From the NCBI RefSeq assembly GCF_021869535.1, contig NW_026262679.1:121768001-121832000 (forward strand): a stretch of DNA of 64,000 nucleotides. Reading direction: 5' to 3'. This document shows, one piece after another, positions 1-13,163 of this stretch. Made by a program: the position numbers and the translations under genes. Position 1 is the first letter of the stretch. The number at the start of each line of letters is the position of its first letter. The stretch comes from Mytilus californianus (Eukaryota). The notes under the pieces are model-generated. The model ran no database searches. It was not told the origin of the DNA and was given only the letters and a program-made list of their open reading frames with translations.

Positions 1-290
1 CAAATGACTATTAAACAGCTACAGGTCAGCGTACAGTTTCAACAATAAAAAACCAAAACCTCTTGTAAGCTATAAAAGGCACATGAATGATATTGCTCAG
101 TTACTCATGTTTGTTAGCGCTAAATCTCCCAAACCCTGGGGAAATGGTGCAACAGCACGATATTCGAACAAACTGTAAAATAAGTTGAAAAAGGAGGTTG
201 ACTCATACTGGTATTAAGCACAAAGTATCGACCGATAAGAGTATATTTACAGTTACTGAGATCTTAATCAAAGCCAAATTTCAGCTAATA

Positions 291-937
291 TAAGAATACG
301 AAGATGTAGTATGATTGCCAACGAGACAACTCTCCACCAGAGACCAAATGACGTAGTAGTTAACAAATATAGGTAACCGTACGACCTTCAACACTGAACA
401 ATACCCACACCGCATAGCAAGCTTTAAATGACCCAGAAATGTCATGCAGATGTAAAACAATTCAAACGAGAAAACTAACGGCGTGATTTATGTACAAAAC
501 TATAAACGAAAAACAAATATGATATACAACAACAAACGACAACCACTGAGTTACAGGCTCCTGACTTGGGAAAGACACATACAGAATGTGCAGAATGTGG
601 TGGGGTTAAACATGTTTGCTGTCGCCACCCCCCCCCCCCCCAAAAAAAAAACCTGGCACAGTGGTGTAACAGTTCGACATAAGAACAACCTAGGAAAATC
701 AGTTGAAAGGCTTAGCTCATTAGATCGGACGTGGCAGGAAATTCATACATCCTTCACAGCAAAAAATTATACAAAGTACAGATATGAGAGTACTCGCAGT
801 TACTGACAACAGCAGCTAGTTCAAATAGATATAAGAAGATGTGGTATGAGTGCCAATGAGACAACTCTCCATCCAAGTCAAAATTTATAAAAGTAAACCA
901 TTATAGGTCAGAGTACGGTCTTCAACATGGAGCCTAA
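291..937 (+). mobile_element. Copies of an abundant dispersed non-coding repeat family (head ataagaagatgtggtatg..gccaatgagacaactctcc)
   Basis: Same head motif at 291, 831 and 28284, and in reverse at ~11870-11905 and ~12630-12668. Confidence 0.7.
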
Positions 938-1275
938 AGCCAATAACAACTAATAAAAATCATGACTAAAATATTAATCAGTACATATCCGACATCCAAT
1001 GGATTTAGTGTAAAGACGTCATTAAAAGTCCGAAAAAACATGACCTTTTGTAATGCCAAACTATAGGTATCGACAGATTGTAGAACCGTGCATATGTGTA
1101 TAAAAGAGAGGCGAAAGCTGCCAAAGGGATATTCAAACTCACATGTCGAAAATAAACTGACAACGCCATGGCTAAAAAAGAAAAAGACAAACAGACAAAC
1201 AGACAAACAACAGTACACAAAACACAACATAGAAAACTAAAGACTGAGCAACATGAACCCCACCAAAAACTTGAG

Positions 1276-2160
1276 GTAATCTCAGGTTCTCTGGAAGGGT
1301 ATCCTGCTGCACATGTGGCACCACTTGTGTTGCTCATGTTAGTACAAACCCGGTGATAAGTCTAATTCGGTAGGTCTCACTCGGGGAAAAGGGGACGGCA
1401 TTGTAGTTACGACAAAGTTGGAACATATCCGTTGTCATCTGTGAAACATATATTCCATAACGGTCAACCGACTCATGATGGTGTCCATAAAATTAACGAA
1501 GGGATGATTTCAACCTCACCACTTGGAACTCTTGGTTTAATAGCTTCCTTGTGAGCAGCAACCCTATATCAAGGAAATCATGATAGGAAATACAAGCCCT
1601 GGAATATCGTATCAACTGGGAGATATATAATTCGTATGCAGGCGCTGCTGGAATGTTCCTACTTAGAAATGAAAAGTTCACAATTGGAAAGCTGAAATCA
1701 TCTCTTTTATCGTAAAGTTTTGATTCAATCGACCCTCATTGTCAAATTCTAGATGTAAGTCAAGATTTGAGACAGACTTAACTGTATCTGTTGTATCCTT
1801 TATCTCAAGTTCGATGGGATAGATGCGTTCAGCATATAGTCACCAGAGTTTGAATTATTTAGTAAGAGAGCATCATCTTTAGATCAGAAAGTGAAGTTAA
1901 AGGATACTGCTAACTTCATTTCTTTCTTCATAAGAAGTTCCTGTATGAAGTCAGCCTCATATGAATACAGGAACAAGTCGGTAAGTAGAGGAGCACAGTT
2001 GGTTCCCATGGGCATGTCGATTGTTTGTTGAAAAAAAAAAGTCCTCCAAACGTAACAAATATGTTGTCAATCAAGAAATCATACATCTTGATAATGTCAG
2101 TTTCAGAGAAATTTGTGTTTGAATATAACAACAATAAACATATATTATAGACTACCATTG
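1276..2160 (-). pseudogene. Degraded Penelope-like element reverse-transcriptase fragment
   Basis: Minus-strand peptides FLIDNIFVTFGG, (frameshifted) PMGTNCAPLLADL, IYPIELEIKDTTD, LYDKRDDFSFPI, NIPAAPAY..YISQLIRYSRAC. The RT YIDD region has decayed to *SKDD; frameshifts present. Confidence 0.75.
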
Positions 2161-5100
2161 TGTATGCTTGCCTATTAACAAAAGCCTTTTTCTGCAGTCC
2201 TTTATTTATCAGTAATTTTACAAATGTATAAGAAAATATATTATTAAAACTTGAGGTATCATAATAAGCTTTAAAAGTTCCATTTATTTCTTATATATCT
2301 TTTTTTTCTTACAAGTTAAACTTTTGTTAACTTGCTTCAAATGTTTTCGTGTCCATTCTCTGGTTGATTGTTGTCTGCTTAAAATCCAGTCGCAAGTATG
2401 TCATGCATATTCAGACAGAGAACAAATTAAAACAATTAATCTGATAGGTAGTCTTCGCAAAGTGGGCCGACGTGGAAAAAGGGCAGGGTAATAACACTGC
2501 CACTGAAAATATGAAAGTACATGTACATGCATGTTGGATACATGGTAGACATAAATTTTATCAGAAACAGGCCATCTACGGATCACTCACAAGTTATTGC
2601 AAGGGTCTTCAAGGCACTGGAAGTGTGGCTCTTTAACTATACGAGACTTCGAATTTAGTGCAACAGAAAAATGAAAACAACTCTATATAAATTTCATGCG
2701 TCCGATGCGCTTTTCTGGCTTTAACATCATCAGGAATGCTCAAATCCGAATATTTGAACGCAAAGGATGTATAAGAACCGAAACATTTGTAGAGCTATAT
2801 GACCAAAAAGGACCTAAAATAATAGACAAATCCATCTAAGGTCAACTTTGCCTAAGGGATTTGAAACCTTAGTTTCTTAATAATTTCTAAAATTATAAAC
2901 GGACAATTTTGGGAAGTTCTGTTATAAACCATATCAGTACCAAAGTGACTACTGAGCTGATGATACCCTCGGGGACTGAAAGTCCACCAGCAAGAATATT
3001 GACCCAGTGCTGTAAAAATGAAAATAACACTTTATAATTGTCATGCGTCCGAAACACTCTTCTCGATTTACCTCCACCAGGAACGCTCAAAGCCGAATAT
3101 TTCAAATTGCAATTTTTTTCGGACGTGACTGCGTATTTATACATCCAAATAACCAGGAGAGTCAAATTTCTAATTTGGAGGTACTAGGATCAATTTAAAA
3201 ACCCGAGATACCCTTGCAATATTATGTTCTATCGTCCTTAAATTCGGCAATATTTCGCATGTTACGTAATTGTTACCTGGACACCAATTTAAGAAGCTTT
3301 ATTAATCGTGCCCAAAAAATGAATGTTGTTTAATTGTGCAACATAGAAACAAAAAATGAAATATATAAGTTTTAGTAATCTGAATCAAGAATACTGCTAG
3401 GACGTAGGTAAAACACTTAAACAACTTCTATATATCTATTAACAGGAAACTACTTTTAATTTGATAATATATATATATATATATATATAAGTCTAAATTG
3501 AAAACAATATATATATATATATAATACGTGTCGATATTATAGGCATTTCTATTGATTATCTTGTTAGAAATAGCCATAACTGAATAACTTTTTTCTTTAA
3601 TGTATCTTATCCAATATCCAGCAATGATATATATATTCATTTGTGCATGTATTTTAGCCATAAAGATGTCTTTAATGCTTTTATTCATTACAAACATGCG
3701 TTTAAAAGTTCAAAATATACATTTATAATTTTTGAATAATAGACCTTATTTACGGTAAATAGTTTAAACCGCTATTGAGAAATAAAAAATGTCCAAAGAC
3801 AAAAGTTTAGACGGTTCAATGATATAGAATCTAACCGTTGGTTCAGATGATCATAGAAACATTGAATACGGAAAAATATAAAAAGGACAGATATAAAATG
3901 TTAGTACCAAAAACAACCCAGCTAAAAAAACTTTGTCTGATGCTTAAAGACCTTTATTCACTTACTAATAGGCAAAGCATTACAATATCCATGGACTTGT
4001 ACTTTTTTTTAATATAAGAAATGCATCTGATCAAACAGATCACTGACAAAGCACTTCTACCGATACGTGGCATTGGTAGCCATTAAAACAACAGATAACT
4101 ATATTAACTGCAACCGAAGCAACTTAACTGATTTATAAAGCAAAGATGAAGTAGAACTATTTGCAAACCAAAAAAGGTAAGCCTTATATGCGGCCTTAAA
4201 CCATCTAAAAAGTAAACTGGTCTGTATTTTGATGCCTTTATGTATTTTATTGTCAAACTTTTGATCTCTAGGGTTCTTGATGAAGATTAGTAGAGAAATA
4301 AGTTTTGTGAGGATTGAAGTCGGTATTATATTTGTATGTTAACTATTTGACAGAGACCCCCCCCCCCCCTTTTCCCCCAAAAAAAAAATCTGTTTCAGTT
4401 TCACAGATAATTTTTGAGAATTCTGAAAACATAGAAGATCAAATTAATGACTTTAAAGTTCAAAAGGTTTTGGGATCTATATTTCGTGTTATATTAAGTA
4501 GCTCGAAACTAGGACATAATGCATGCTAGATATTCTCATCCAATGTCTCACACTTCAAAAGCACATAAAGTTGATGAAAATGGTTATGACCGAATAGAAA
4601 AATTACCAATCTTACCTTATCCGATCAACACAATAAATGTTAAAAAGATGCTGTTAAAAAGAAAGCAACCGGGGTTTTCTTCCATTTATCCATTTAACTA
4701 AGACACTCATAAGGTCAGCAAAAAAATACTGCATAAACAGATTAAACATTCTAAAAGATTGATTTTGATGATTTTCGCTTTTGTCGTTATTGCCCTTTAT
4801 TGCATTAATAATGACAACAATAAAGGGCAATAACGACAAAAGCGAAAATCGTCAAAATCAATCTTGACCTCCATTTTGTGACTGTCATGTGAAAAAAACC
4901 AGATTAAAATTAAAAGAGGATTTGGTTTAAGCGTTCTCAAGTAATCATATGGAATCGACATAAAATGCCATTTTCCAATCAATCATGGATCATAACTTCT
5001 GAACGAGAAAAGCGAAAATCGCAAATATTGAAATTGACCTCCATTTGATACCAGTAACACCATAGCCACCCGTCCGCCCGCCATACTACCCATCAAAACC

Positions 5101-5474
5101 CGGATTTCAGTCGTTAAATCCAGTTTTACGACATTTTTTATACTTCCATTTAGTTTTAACAATCAAAGATATTGCATGATAACAAAGACACTCATAAGGT
5201 CAGCGAAAAAATACTGCATAAACTGATTAAACATTCTAAAAGATTACGATTTAATTTAATAAGTGAGGATAGGAATACATTTATTTGTTATTGAATAAAC
5301 TGTTTGCACATGCATGGATATATATATGTCTCGCCTTTGTGACCCAATCACAAACTTTGACAATTGTACATGTTTATGCCGTGGGCAGCGTAAGTCTTGC
5401 TTCAGCGACTTTTATAACTTGAAAAGAAAAATGGATTAATTCATAAAATCAAATAGTTAGAAGCTGTCTTTCAG

Positions 5475-5798
5475 TTATAGTTCTTCTTTACCCGTATTTC
5501 TTATTTGATCATTTGTTTCTTCCTGGATATTTTCGTCATTTAATGTTATTTCTTGTGGCTTTTTAGGATTTAAAAGGAAACTGACGTCATCTTCCATCTC
5601 TACCAGCATTGGTTGTTGATTGTAATAATCGTTGCCAGGCAGCTCTTGATCATTTTTTCCGTCGAGAGCATCTTGATCATTGTTCGTAAAAAAGGATTCA
5701 AAATCTGGTATTTGTTCAAACATTTCAGAAAAATCACAGGTGTGAAATTCATCCATCGTTAAAATGCCATTCTTATCATTGTCGATTATATCAAACAT
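5475..5798 (-). CDS. JmjC/EF-hand gene exon 7 (terminal; EF-hand, acidic tail, KEEL stop)
   Basis: Acceptor aatttcag|ATG TTT GAT at 5798; phase 0; stop at 5475-5477. Confidence 0.85.
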   Translation of the reverse strand: MFDIIDNDKNGILTMDEFHTCDFSEMFEQIPDFESFFTNNDQDALDGKNDQELPGNDYYNQQPMLVEMEDDVSFLLNPKKPQEITLNDENIQEETNDQIRNTGKEEL

Positions 5799-8700
5799 CT
5801 GAAATTAAGAAAGACATTATTGACTTATACATCCCAAAAAGATAAATATAAAAACTACAGAAAGAGACATGCGCGTCTTTCATGGCTTTACTTTTTATTT
5901 GTCAATTCGTCGAAAACGCTGAAAAAGTGGCAGACATCTGGTTAGTCGAAGCGGAATATGAAATTTGACTGAGAATATAAAAGCGCTAAATGGACCTACA
6001 GAATCTTACAATGAACTATGGGTTTTAACAGTTAAGTGAATACTTTCGATTTGCATGCGTTAATTTTTGCATTTTGTGTGTGTGTTTTTTTTTTAATTTA
6101 AAAAAGTCTTAAAGATACCGCATTGTTGGCTGCTTTGTCGGCCGGTACGAACACAAAACGCTTTGCGATACCTTGAAGTTTGTTTTTAATGCATGGAATG
6201 GGCGTATCACTAACCGTTTTATGAGTATCTAAATTGTTTTCGAAAGGTGATGTGCAAATATCCATATATTGGAACATAGCCATTGTAACCTGTGACACAG
6301 ATAACCCATAACAGTCGACCGTAGAACTTTCGAAGGGATGACATCAACTTTTCAAATCGGATCCCTTGGTGCAATAGCTTCATTTGAAGCATCAACCCTC
6401 TATCAATGAAATCATGTTAGATGTTTAAACTTCACCTAAAATTCCTCAACGATAAAAATGTATTTATTAAGTGCAATATATGTTAGTTCTATGGGTATTC
6501 TAACCTTAATTAGAGCATCATCTGGTACTTCCTTTACAGCAATCTTTCTGATTCTAACTGCAAAGTCTTCAAAATTGACAGTTTTTAGATCATCCAATGC
6601 ATCCAGAAACATATCTCTGAAAAAGGAATACAAGTTTGTTAAATAAAAGTGCATTTTCTTACCTTTAATCATCACTTATTGATAGTATTGTATGGTATTC
6701 CACGATTTGGATGTGGTATCGTTCAAATTTGTATATATATATCTATTGAAGTTTAAAGTATATGAAATGTAGGCCATTGAGGCTTAAGTGATACAACCTG
6801 ATTAAAATTCAGATATATCGGAACTCGCGTACACGAAATCAGAGATTTATATTTTAACTAGATTGTATGTGATGCTATCAAATTGCAATAAGCACAAGTA
6901 TCTCAAATTACACGATTTTGGTATATAAAAAGTACTGAACTTTACAAAATCACATCTCAATGTATTTGAAGCATGAGCTTCTTACTTTTCCCATAAAATA
7001 AGAGTATATTACATATGTCAGTTGGACGAAAATTAAACACGCCAGTAATATTCTTATTTAGAACAGAAGCTTATATATGCTAGATGCATTCCATTTGTTA
7101 AATTATAAGAATGTATGTCACAATTTTGGTCTCTAGATTTTGTTGTAACTTCAAGTTGGCAGCTGTTCTTGCCAATAATAGTTTCTAATTTCGAAGTTAA
7201 ATCAAACTTAATAAAATATAATTATTTAGCTTTATTCTTTTTATCTCCGTACGTTGCTGTTTTGAAGAAAAAAAAATCAGTGAAAAAACCTATAATATAT
7301 TATTTACAACGTTTTCTTTACATCTAGAATAAGAATGTTATAAGAATTAAATAAAAATAGTGTCAATCAGTTGTCTTACCGTACTTCATCATCTAGAGAG
7401 AATTCTTCTTCATTCTTTAACTCTATATTCTTCAGTGATTTTGGCTTAAGTTTGTCTTCACTTTCTTTGCATGCTGTTTTGTCAAACCAACGAAGATGGT
7501 TAGACCAAATGTTAACAGCCAAATTACGCCCAGAATGAGAATACACTTGATGGTACCATCTAAAAGTAATCATTTTTTATTTATTTGAGTTTATGGGATT
7601 AGTTATACATTGTTTAGTAATGCGCATGTGCAAATTCAAACTACAAGATTCAGCTGACGTTTTGTACATGGAGCCATTTTCATGATAAAACGTTTCGTTT
7701 ACCCTCAGGAACAGAATTTTGTTAAAAGCATAACTGGAAGGTGTGTTCTAAGACTCCTCATTATTTGTCTGTTGTAATTTTTTAAATATTGCAGTTGGCG
7801 CACATGATTAACTTCTGAAGCAGAGTTCACCCCCGGTTTTTTTGGTGAGGTTCGTTTTGCTCAATCTTTAGTTTTGTTATTACTTTTTCCAATAAAGAAT
7901 ATATATATAAATAAACAGAACACAGAAATAAGATAAAGATATTTTACACCCAATATTTTTTACCATTTTATTGAAACGCCTTTGCCCACGTCAGCTGCAG
8001 AACAAGGATTTTAAAAGGCGGAGGTCTGGATGGTAGCCAAAAAGTACCGGTATTGCCTTAACGAAATGGACAGTCAAAATGAAAAAAATGAACTAAACAA
8101 TTTTGGGTCATAAAGGGGAGGACAACATTTGCAAGGATTTGCCCCTGAATGCTAGTAGTTCTAAATTTGGTTTTAAAATATATAAAAAGCAACAGATAAT
8201 ATGGACAGTTTTAAACTACTTGTTACTATGGATACGAACTGATAGGGTATAAATAGACAATCTCCTTTGGTAATGTTTGCCATATACCATGGTAAGTCAC
8301 GTAGTTTGGGAAATTTCTCCATATCCACAGCTTCAACATCAACTTTACTATAGGAACCATACTGCATGAAATGATCCGCTTCAATCTCAGGTTTGTATTT
8401 CTAAAAAATACATCTAGACGTTAACGAATCAGATTTAACAATGTCAGAATTCAGTAATCAAGAGGAACACTAAAAGATCGAGCAAGTAAATAAGAGACCA
8501 TGGAAGACATCAAAACAAAACAAATTCACCAAATAAACGGACAGATCATCCAGTTGATAAAAACATCATACTGTAATACAATAATGGTACAAAATACCAT
8601 GCAATTACATGTGCAGACATGAAAAATACATCATGTTCAATGTTATAAATGTCAAATCAAACAAGTCAATAACTTTTTGTAAAAGAAAAAAAAACATGAC

Positions 8701-11700
8701 AGAAATACGTTAGTTGAAACATGGCAATTTGTTAAATCGTAAATATTGCACAAACGTATGTTTGGAGAACCAGAAATAGCACGACTGACACAAAATCTTC
8801 GCAAACATTGGTCTTTGGTGAATTTGGTGAATTATGTTAAAATTTGTTTTTATGAAACATAAATATTTCTATCTGTTAATACCTTATGAAACATGATCAA
8901 GTCTTTGTTTCCATCCAGTAAACAGTTGATATTGTCAAGTCCGTCATTATGGAGAACAGACCTTGTCCCACCGCTACTGAACCACATTATAACTGATTTT
9001 ATAGCCTTTTCTAAACCTCCACATTGCAGAGATATTGGTATTGTAATATCAGCTGCAAGAAGGTAGACAATGTTCAAATGTGATACAATGGTACATATTT
9101 TACGTTGTTACATAGGAGAATAAGAATTTTTGTAAAAAGGTATTAGATAATTTTTATATAGCCTGCATTTGCATTTTAATATAAGAACCAAATATGTAGG
9201 TATGTTGTGTTCAAGGACTTTTGTACTGGCAGTCATGATGGATTACCTGTTTTAGTCCGACTAGAGGGAAAATATTTCCATAATATATCACAATATATGT
9301 AGATTCTTACAAAAAACGGGGCAAATTACCTTTCATTTCTTTTGCAACGTCATAAACCATGTAGACATTTGATTGGTTGTATATCTGAAGGAACTTTGAC
9401 ATCGGCATTGCGTAAGCCTGTGCGTTACGGTCTTCTTTCTTGCCTCCTTCCACGTCCACATAAATTCTTCCATATTTTTCCCTACAATACGATAGATCAT
9501 GTACCTTGAAATCGTAATTGCGATTTATTTAACTAACTGTATTGCAGCCGGCCAGTGCATAACCATGTCAACCATTGGCGCTGTGGGCATGGACGTGGAA
9601 AATAAGGATCGAGGGGCAGCATATATATTAACGACTTTTATTGTACTATCGTATGGATATGAGTAAGAAGACACCAAGAGTCTCTTTATGTAATATATAT
9701 TGTCTATTTGGTGGATAAATGGTTTAGATGTCAGATGTTTTAGAGAATTTTTGAAATTTTATCCATAATGTTAAATTGCTACGAATAAAAGATGGTGTGG
9801 TGTATATAGGTCAATGGCAACACAAAACAACCCTTTAAGTATAGCATTATAGACTGGAGTGAACTATCCCGACTAGTTGTGCAATTTGATTGGTTACCTT
9901 GACAGGGTACATGAGCACATATACCCTGTAAACAAAAGCGGAGATCAGAATGGTAATTAATGTTAAAATCAGGACACTCCAGTATAATATAATTGTTATT
10001 CGGGCTTCACAGGGGATATGGGCTCATAGGCCTTGTTGTCAGTGCATCGACATCCCCTTTGCATGGCGGCTTTGTGATATGTGAAACGCTAACAGGAGCC
10101 TATATCAAGTAATCCCATGTTCTTTGGAAGTCTTTGTATTTGTATTTGTCCTGTACCTTCATTGATATTTTAGTTATTAGATACAGATTATACCTCGGTT
10201 AAATGGATTTTCGGCATTCTCCGCCGTACTAGGCTTGAACTCGTGTGCTCCGGAAAGGGTAAGTAGTAAGGTTTAACACTGAAATATATTATAATTAAGA
10301 CTCTATCGATTTAGAAATAGCCAACACAATGACACCAGGTAATTTTGGAAGATTGGTTTGAAGCAACAGACATGACAAATCTTTCTGTTGATAATGATTT
10401 CAGTTTTTAGAAATTTAATAGAATATTCTGCATTGTTCTGGAAGTTTCTGATAAAAGTAGCATTTTTGATTTTCATCCAAGATCGTTCCTTCTTTGCCCA
10501 ACGCTCGATGAGTAACACTAAAGAATTGTGCTAGAAAAAGATGGACACAGAAAAATATGACATTTTGGATATTCACTAGCCTTGTTTGATTATTATCTAG
10601 TTATCGCAAAATGCATTTGATTTATAAAATTTTCTGTGCTTTGCTAAGACTAAACGGGTGGGACCGATACAACAGACAAAACGTAAGGAAACAATGATTC
10701 ATTGTTGCTTGCTTAACTTCCTGTGGCAAATAGTTCATGCATGTCCAGGACAATAAGGAATAATGCCAGTCAAAACTAAATTCCTGGAACAGTGCCAGTC
10801 ATAATAATTTTCATGGAACTGTGCTATTCATAACAAGATTTCTGGAACTGTGCCAGTCATAATAAGATTCCTGGAACTGTGTCAGTCACAATAGGATTTC
10901 ATGAACTGTGCCAGTCACAGTAAGATTCCCGGAACAGTGCCAGTCACTATAAAATTCCTGAAACTGTGCCAGTCACTATAAGATTCCTGGAACAATGCCA
11001 AACGCAACAAGATTCCTTACTTTGAGCATAAACAAGTTCTGGGGTTAAACTAGTTTTGTGAGTATTCGACTCCACCGATATCATCTTGATGAAAAACTTA
11101 TACAGTAAAAATTCTTCTATTTTATTCTTAATTCTTAATATTTTAGCCCCACATTAACATGTGTATACTGTTGTCTTCTCCACTTTTTCTCTATTCTATA
11201 TATTTTTTGTTCATTATTCTCTATTCTGTAAACCCCATCCAGATCCCCGAAGAAGACCACAGCATTAATTATACCGTATAATTTATTGTTGTACATATAT
11301 ATATCCGCATTACTGTTGTGTTTTCTAACCTAGATTTATTCTACGTTCTTCTATGTACCTATTATAAATATTTCAATGATTAAGATTAAAAGGAGAATTG
11401 AGATTTAAACTAGTTTAACCGAGGCACACCAATCAATACTTTTTTAAAAGACTGATATATTTGATAAATGTTTTTGTTTGATGTTTTTCTGCTTTGTATC
11501 GATCTGATGAGTTAAGCCTTTTCCAGCTGATTTTTATAGATTGTTCTAATGCTGTGCTGTTACACCACTGTCCCAGGTTAGGGGAGGATTGAGCGCTCAC
11601 AAACATGTTTAACCCCGCCACATTCTTTATGTTCCTGTCCCTAGTCAGGAGCCTGTAGTTCAGTGGTTGTCGTTGGTTCATGTCTGTCATATTTGTTTTT

Positions 11701-13163
11701 CGTAAGTTGTTTTGTTATAAATTAGGCCGTTAGTTTTCTCAATTGAATTGCTTCATATTTTTCATGTCTGGGCCTTTTATAGCCGACTATACGGTATGTG
11801 TTTTTTCATTGTTGAAGGCCGTACGGTTGCCTATAATTGTTTACATCCACTTCATTTGAACTTGGGTGGATAGTTGTCTCATTGGTAATCATACCACATC
11901 TCCTTATTTTTATATTAATCCCGTCATCGCATCTGATCTCACTTCGTTTAGAGTTCATGTTTTTTATCTGTTTTCATTCCTAAAATTGTCTGTCTTGACA
12001 TATATGATAGAACATACATTCAAAGTATCTGATTTATACCATTTTACAGAGTTTTTTTCATTTTCATTGGTATACTAAGATTAAATTGCGTCATGCTAAC
12101 TCCCTGAATGTGACCCAGATCCGACTAATTTAAGGTTTTGCTTGTTATACACTTATTTATTAAGTATCGATTGGATAAACATAGTACATATAAACATATA
12201 AACATATGCATAGTACATATAAACATGTAAACATATGCATAGTACATATAAACATATAAACATATGCATAGTACATATAAACATATGCATAGTACATATA
12301 AACATATGCATAGTACATATACACATACTGTTGCAGGTTAGGGTGAAGGTTGGCGCCTGTTAAAACGTTTAAACGCTGCATTTGTTTGCACCTGTCCTAA
12401 GTCAGGAGCCTGTTGTTTAGTGGTTTTGTTTGTTGATGTGGTTCATAAGTGTTTCTCGTTTCTCGTTTTTTATATAGATTAAACCGTTGGTTTTCCTGTT
12501 TGAATTGTTTTACACTAGTCATTTTGGGACCCTTTATAGCTTGCTGTTCGGTGTGAGCCAAGGCTCCGTGTTGAAGGCCGTACTTTGACCTATAATTGCT
12601 AACTTTTTACACATTGTGACTTGGATGGAGAGTTGTCTCATTGGCACTCATACCACATCTTCTTATTTCTATATGCATAGTACATAAAAACATAAGCATA
12701 GTACATATACACATATGCATAGTACATAATTATAAACATATGCATAGTACATATACACATATGCATAGTACATATAAACATATGCATAGTACAGATAAAC
12801 ATAGTACATATACACATATAGATATAAGAAGATGTGGTATGAGTGCCAATGATATATGCAAAGTACAGATAAACATAGTACATACTCTAGATACTGATCA
12901 GTCCATAACTTGTATGCTGGAAATTGTCCATTTTCTAGAACACCTTTTACAACAAACGGTTCACTTTTCGCAATGTAATTTTCATAAAAATCTGTAGGAG
13001 ATGGAAATTCCTTCAATATTGTAACTCCTCCAAGAGATTTTCTATGGTGACCAAGAGGCTTAAGATGTCCAGGTACATATTCGGACACAGTTAAAGCAAA
13101 GAACGTGAAATAAGATAATAAGGAATAAACAAAGTTGAATTTTCCATCTGTGAATACTACCAT
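5475..13163 (-). CDS. Secretory-pathway JmjC/cupin-like (Cupin_8-type) 2-oxoglutarate/Fe(II) dioxygenase with C-terminal EF-hand and KEEL; 7 exons, 458 aa
   Basis: Exons (minus): 13163-12886, 9481-9330, 9052-8883, 8400-8240, 7559-7380, 6616-6505, 5798-5475. All introns GT-AG with compatible phases; total 1377 nt. JmjC motifs WFSSGGTRSVLHNDGLDNINCLLDGNK and GDCLFIPYQWYHQV (H-x-D...H triad). EF-hand loop DNDKNGILTMDE. Hydrophobic N-terminus; C-terminus GKEEL*. Confidence 0.85.
6098..6435 (-). pseudogene. Penelope-like RT fragments in JmjC intron 6
   Basis: FVFVPADKAANNAV motif plus a degenerate KLLHQG..FEKLMSSLRKFYGR segment. Confidence 0.55.
6505..6616 (-). CDS. JmjC/EF-hand gene exon 6
   Basis: tttttcag|A GAT ATG ... 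ATT AAG|gttaga; DMFLDALDDLKTVNFEDFAVRIRKIAVKEVPDDALIK. Confidence 0.8.
7380..7559 (-). CDS. JmjC/EF-hand gene exon 5
   Basis: ttttag|A TGG TAC CAT ... GTA CG|gtaaga; WYHQV supplies the distal metal-binding His. Confidence 0.85.
8240..8400 (-). CDS. JmjC/EF-hand gene exon 4
   Basis: tttttag|AAA TAC ... TAT CA|gttcgt; KVDVEAVDMEKFPKLRDLPWYMANITKGDCLFIPY. Confidence 0.85.
8883..9052 (-). CDS. JmjC/EF-hand gene exon 3
   Basis: cttgcag|CT GAT ... CAT AAG|gtatta; contains LHNDGLDN (HxD). Confidence 0.85.
9330..9481 (-). CDS. JmjC/EF-hand gene exon 2
   Basis: ttgtag|G GAA AAA TAT ... AAA G|gtaatt; EKYGRIYVDVEGGKKEDRNAQAYAMPMSKFLQIYNQSNVYMV. Not in the ORF track; found by manual translation. Confidence 0.8.
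10757..11017. repeat. 29-bp minisatellite, ~9 copies
   Basis: ggaactgtgccagtcataataagattcct; ggaac at 10786, 10815, 10844 and onward. Confidence 0.85.
11450..11915 (-). mobile_element. Dispersed repeat copy, same family as 291-937
   Basis: Reverse complement of the 300-800 sequence (gagttaagccttttcc.., aggagcctgtagttcagtggttgtcg). Confidence 0.7.
12177..12885. repeat. 21-bp minisatellite (aaacatatgcatagtacatat) in two blocks split by a dispersed-repeat copy (12329-12670)
   Basis: Blocks 12177-12328 and 12671-12885; the second ends at the exon-1 donor. Confidence 0.85.
12886..13163 (-). CDS. JmjC/EF-hand gene exon 1 (signal peptide, start of cupin domain)
   Basis: ATG at 13163; GHLKPLGHHR...FPSPTDFYENYIAKSEPFVVKG...WTDQYL; donor GA|gtatgt. 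Confidence 0.8.

Noticed and set aside
626-650. Poly-C/poly-A and poly-G tracts (also ~4357, ~13883, ~52544, ~56420)
   Set aside because: Variable homopolymers inside repeat families; no evidence of function.
483-1356. Several 60-110 aa ORFs
   Set aside because: They lie in dispersed non-coding repeat copies whose homologues elsewhere in the window are not open in the same frame.
4130-4185. Possible exon ending AAAG|gtaagc
   Set aside because: In-frame stop just upstream, no clear acceptor and no partner exons found.
12160-12997. Y/M/H/T-rich ORFs
   Set aside because: Translations of the 21-bp minisatellite; only 12886-13163 is a real exon.
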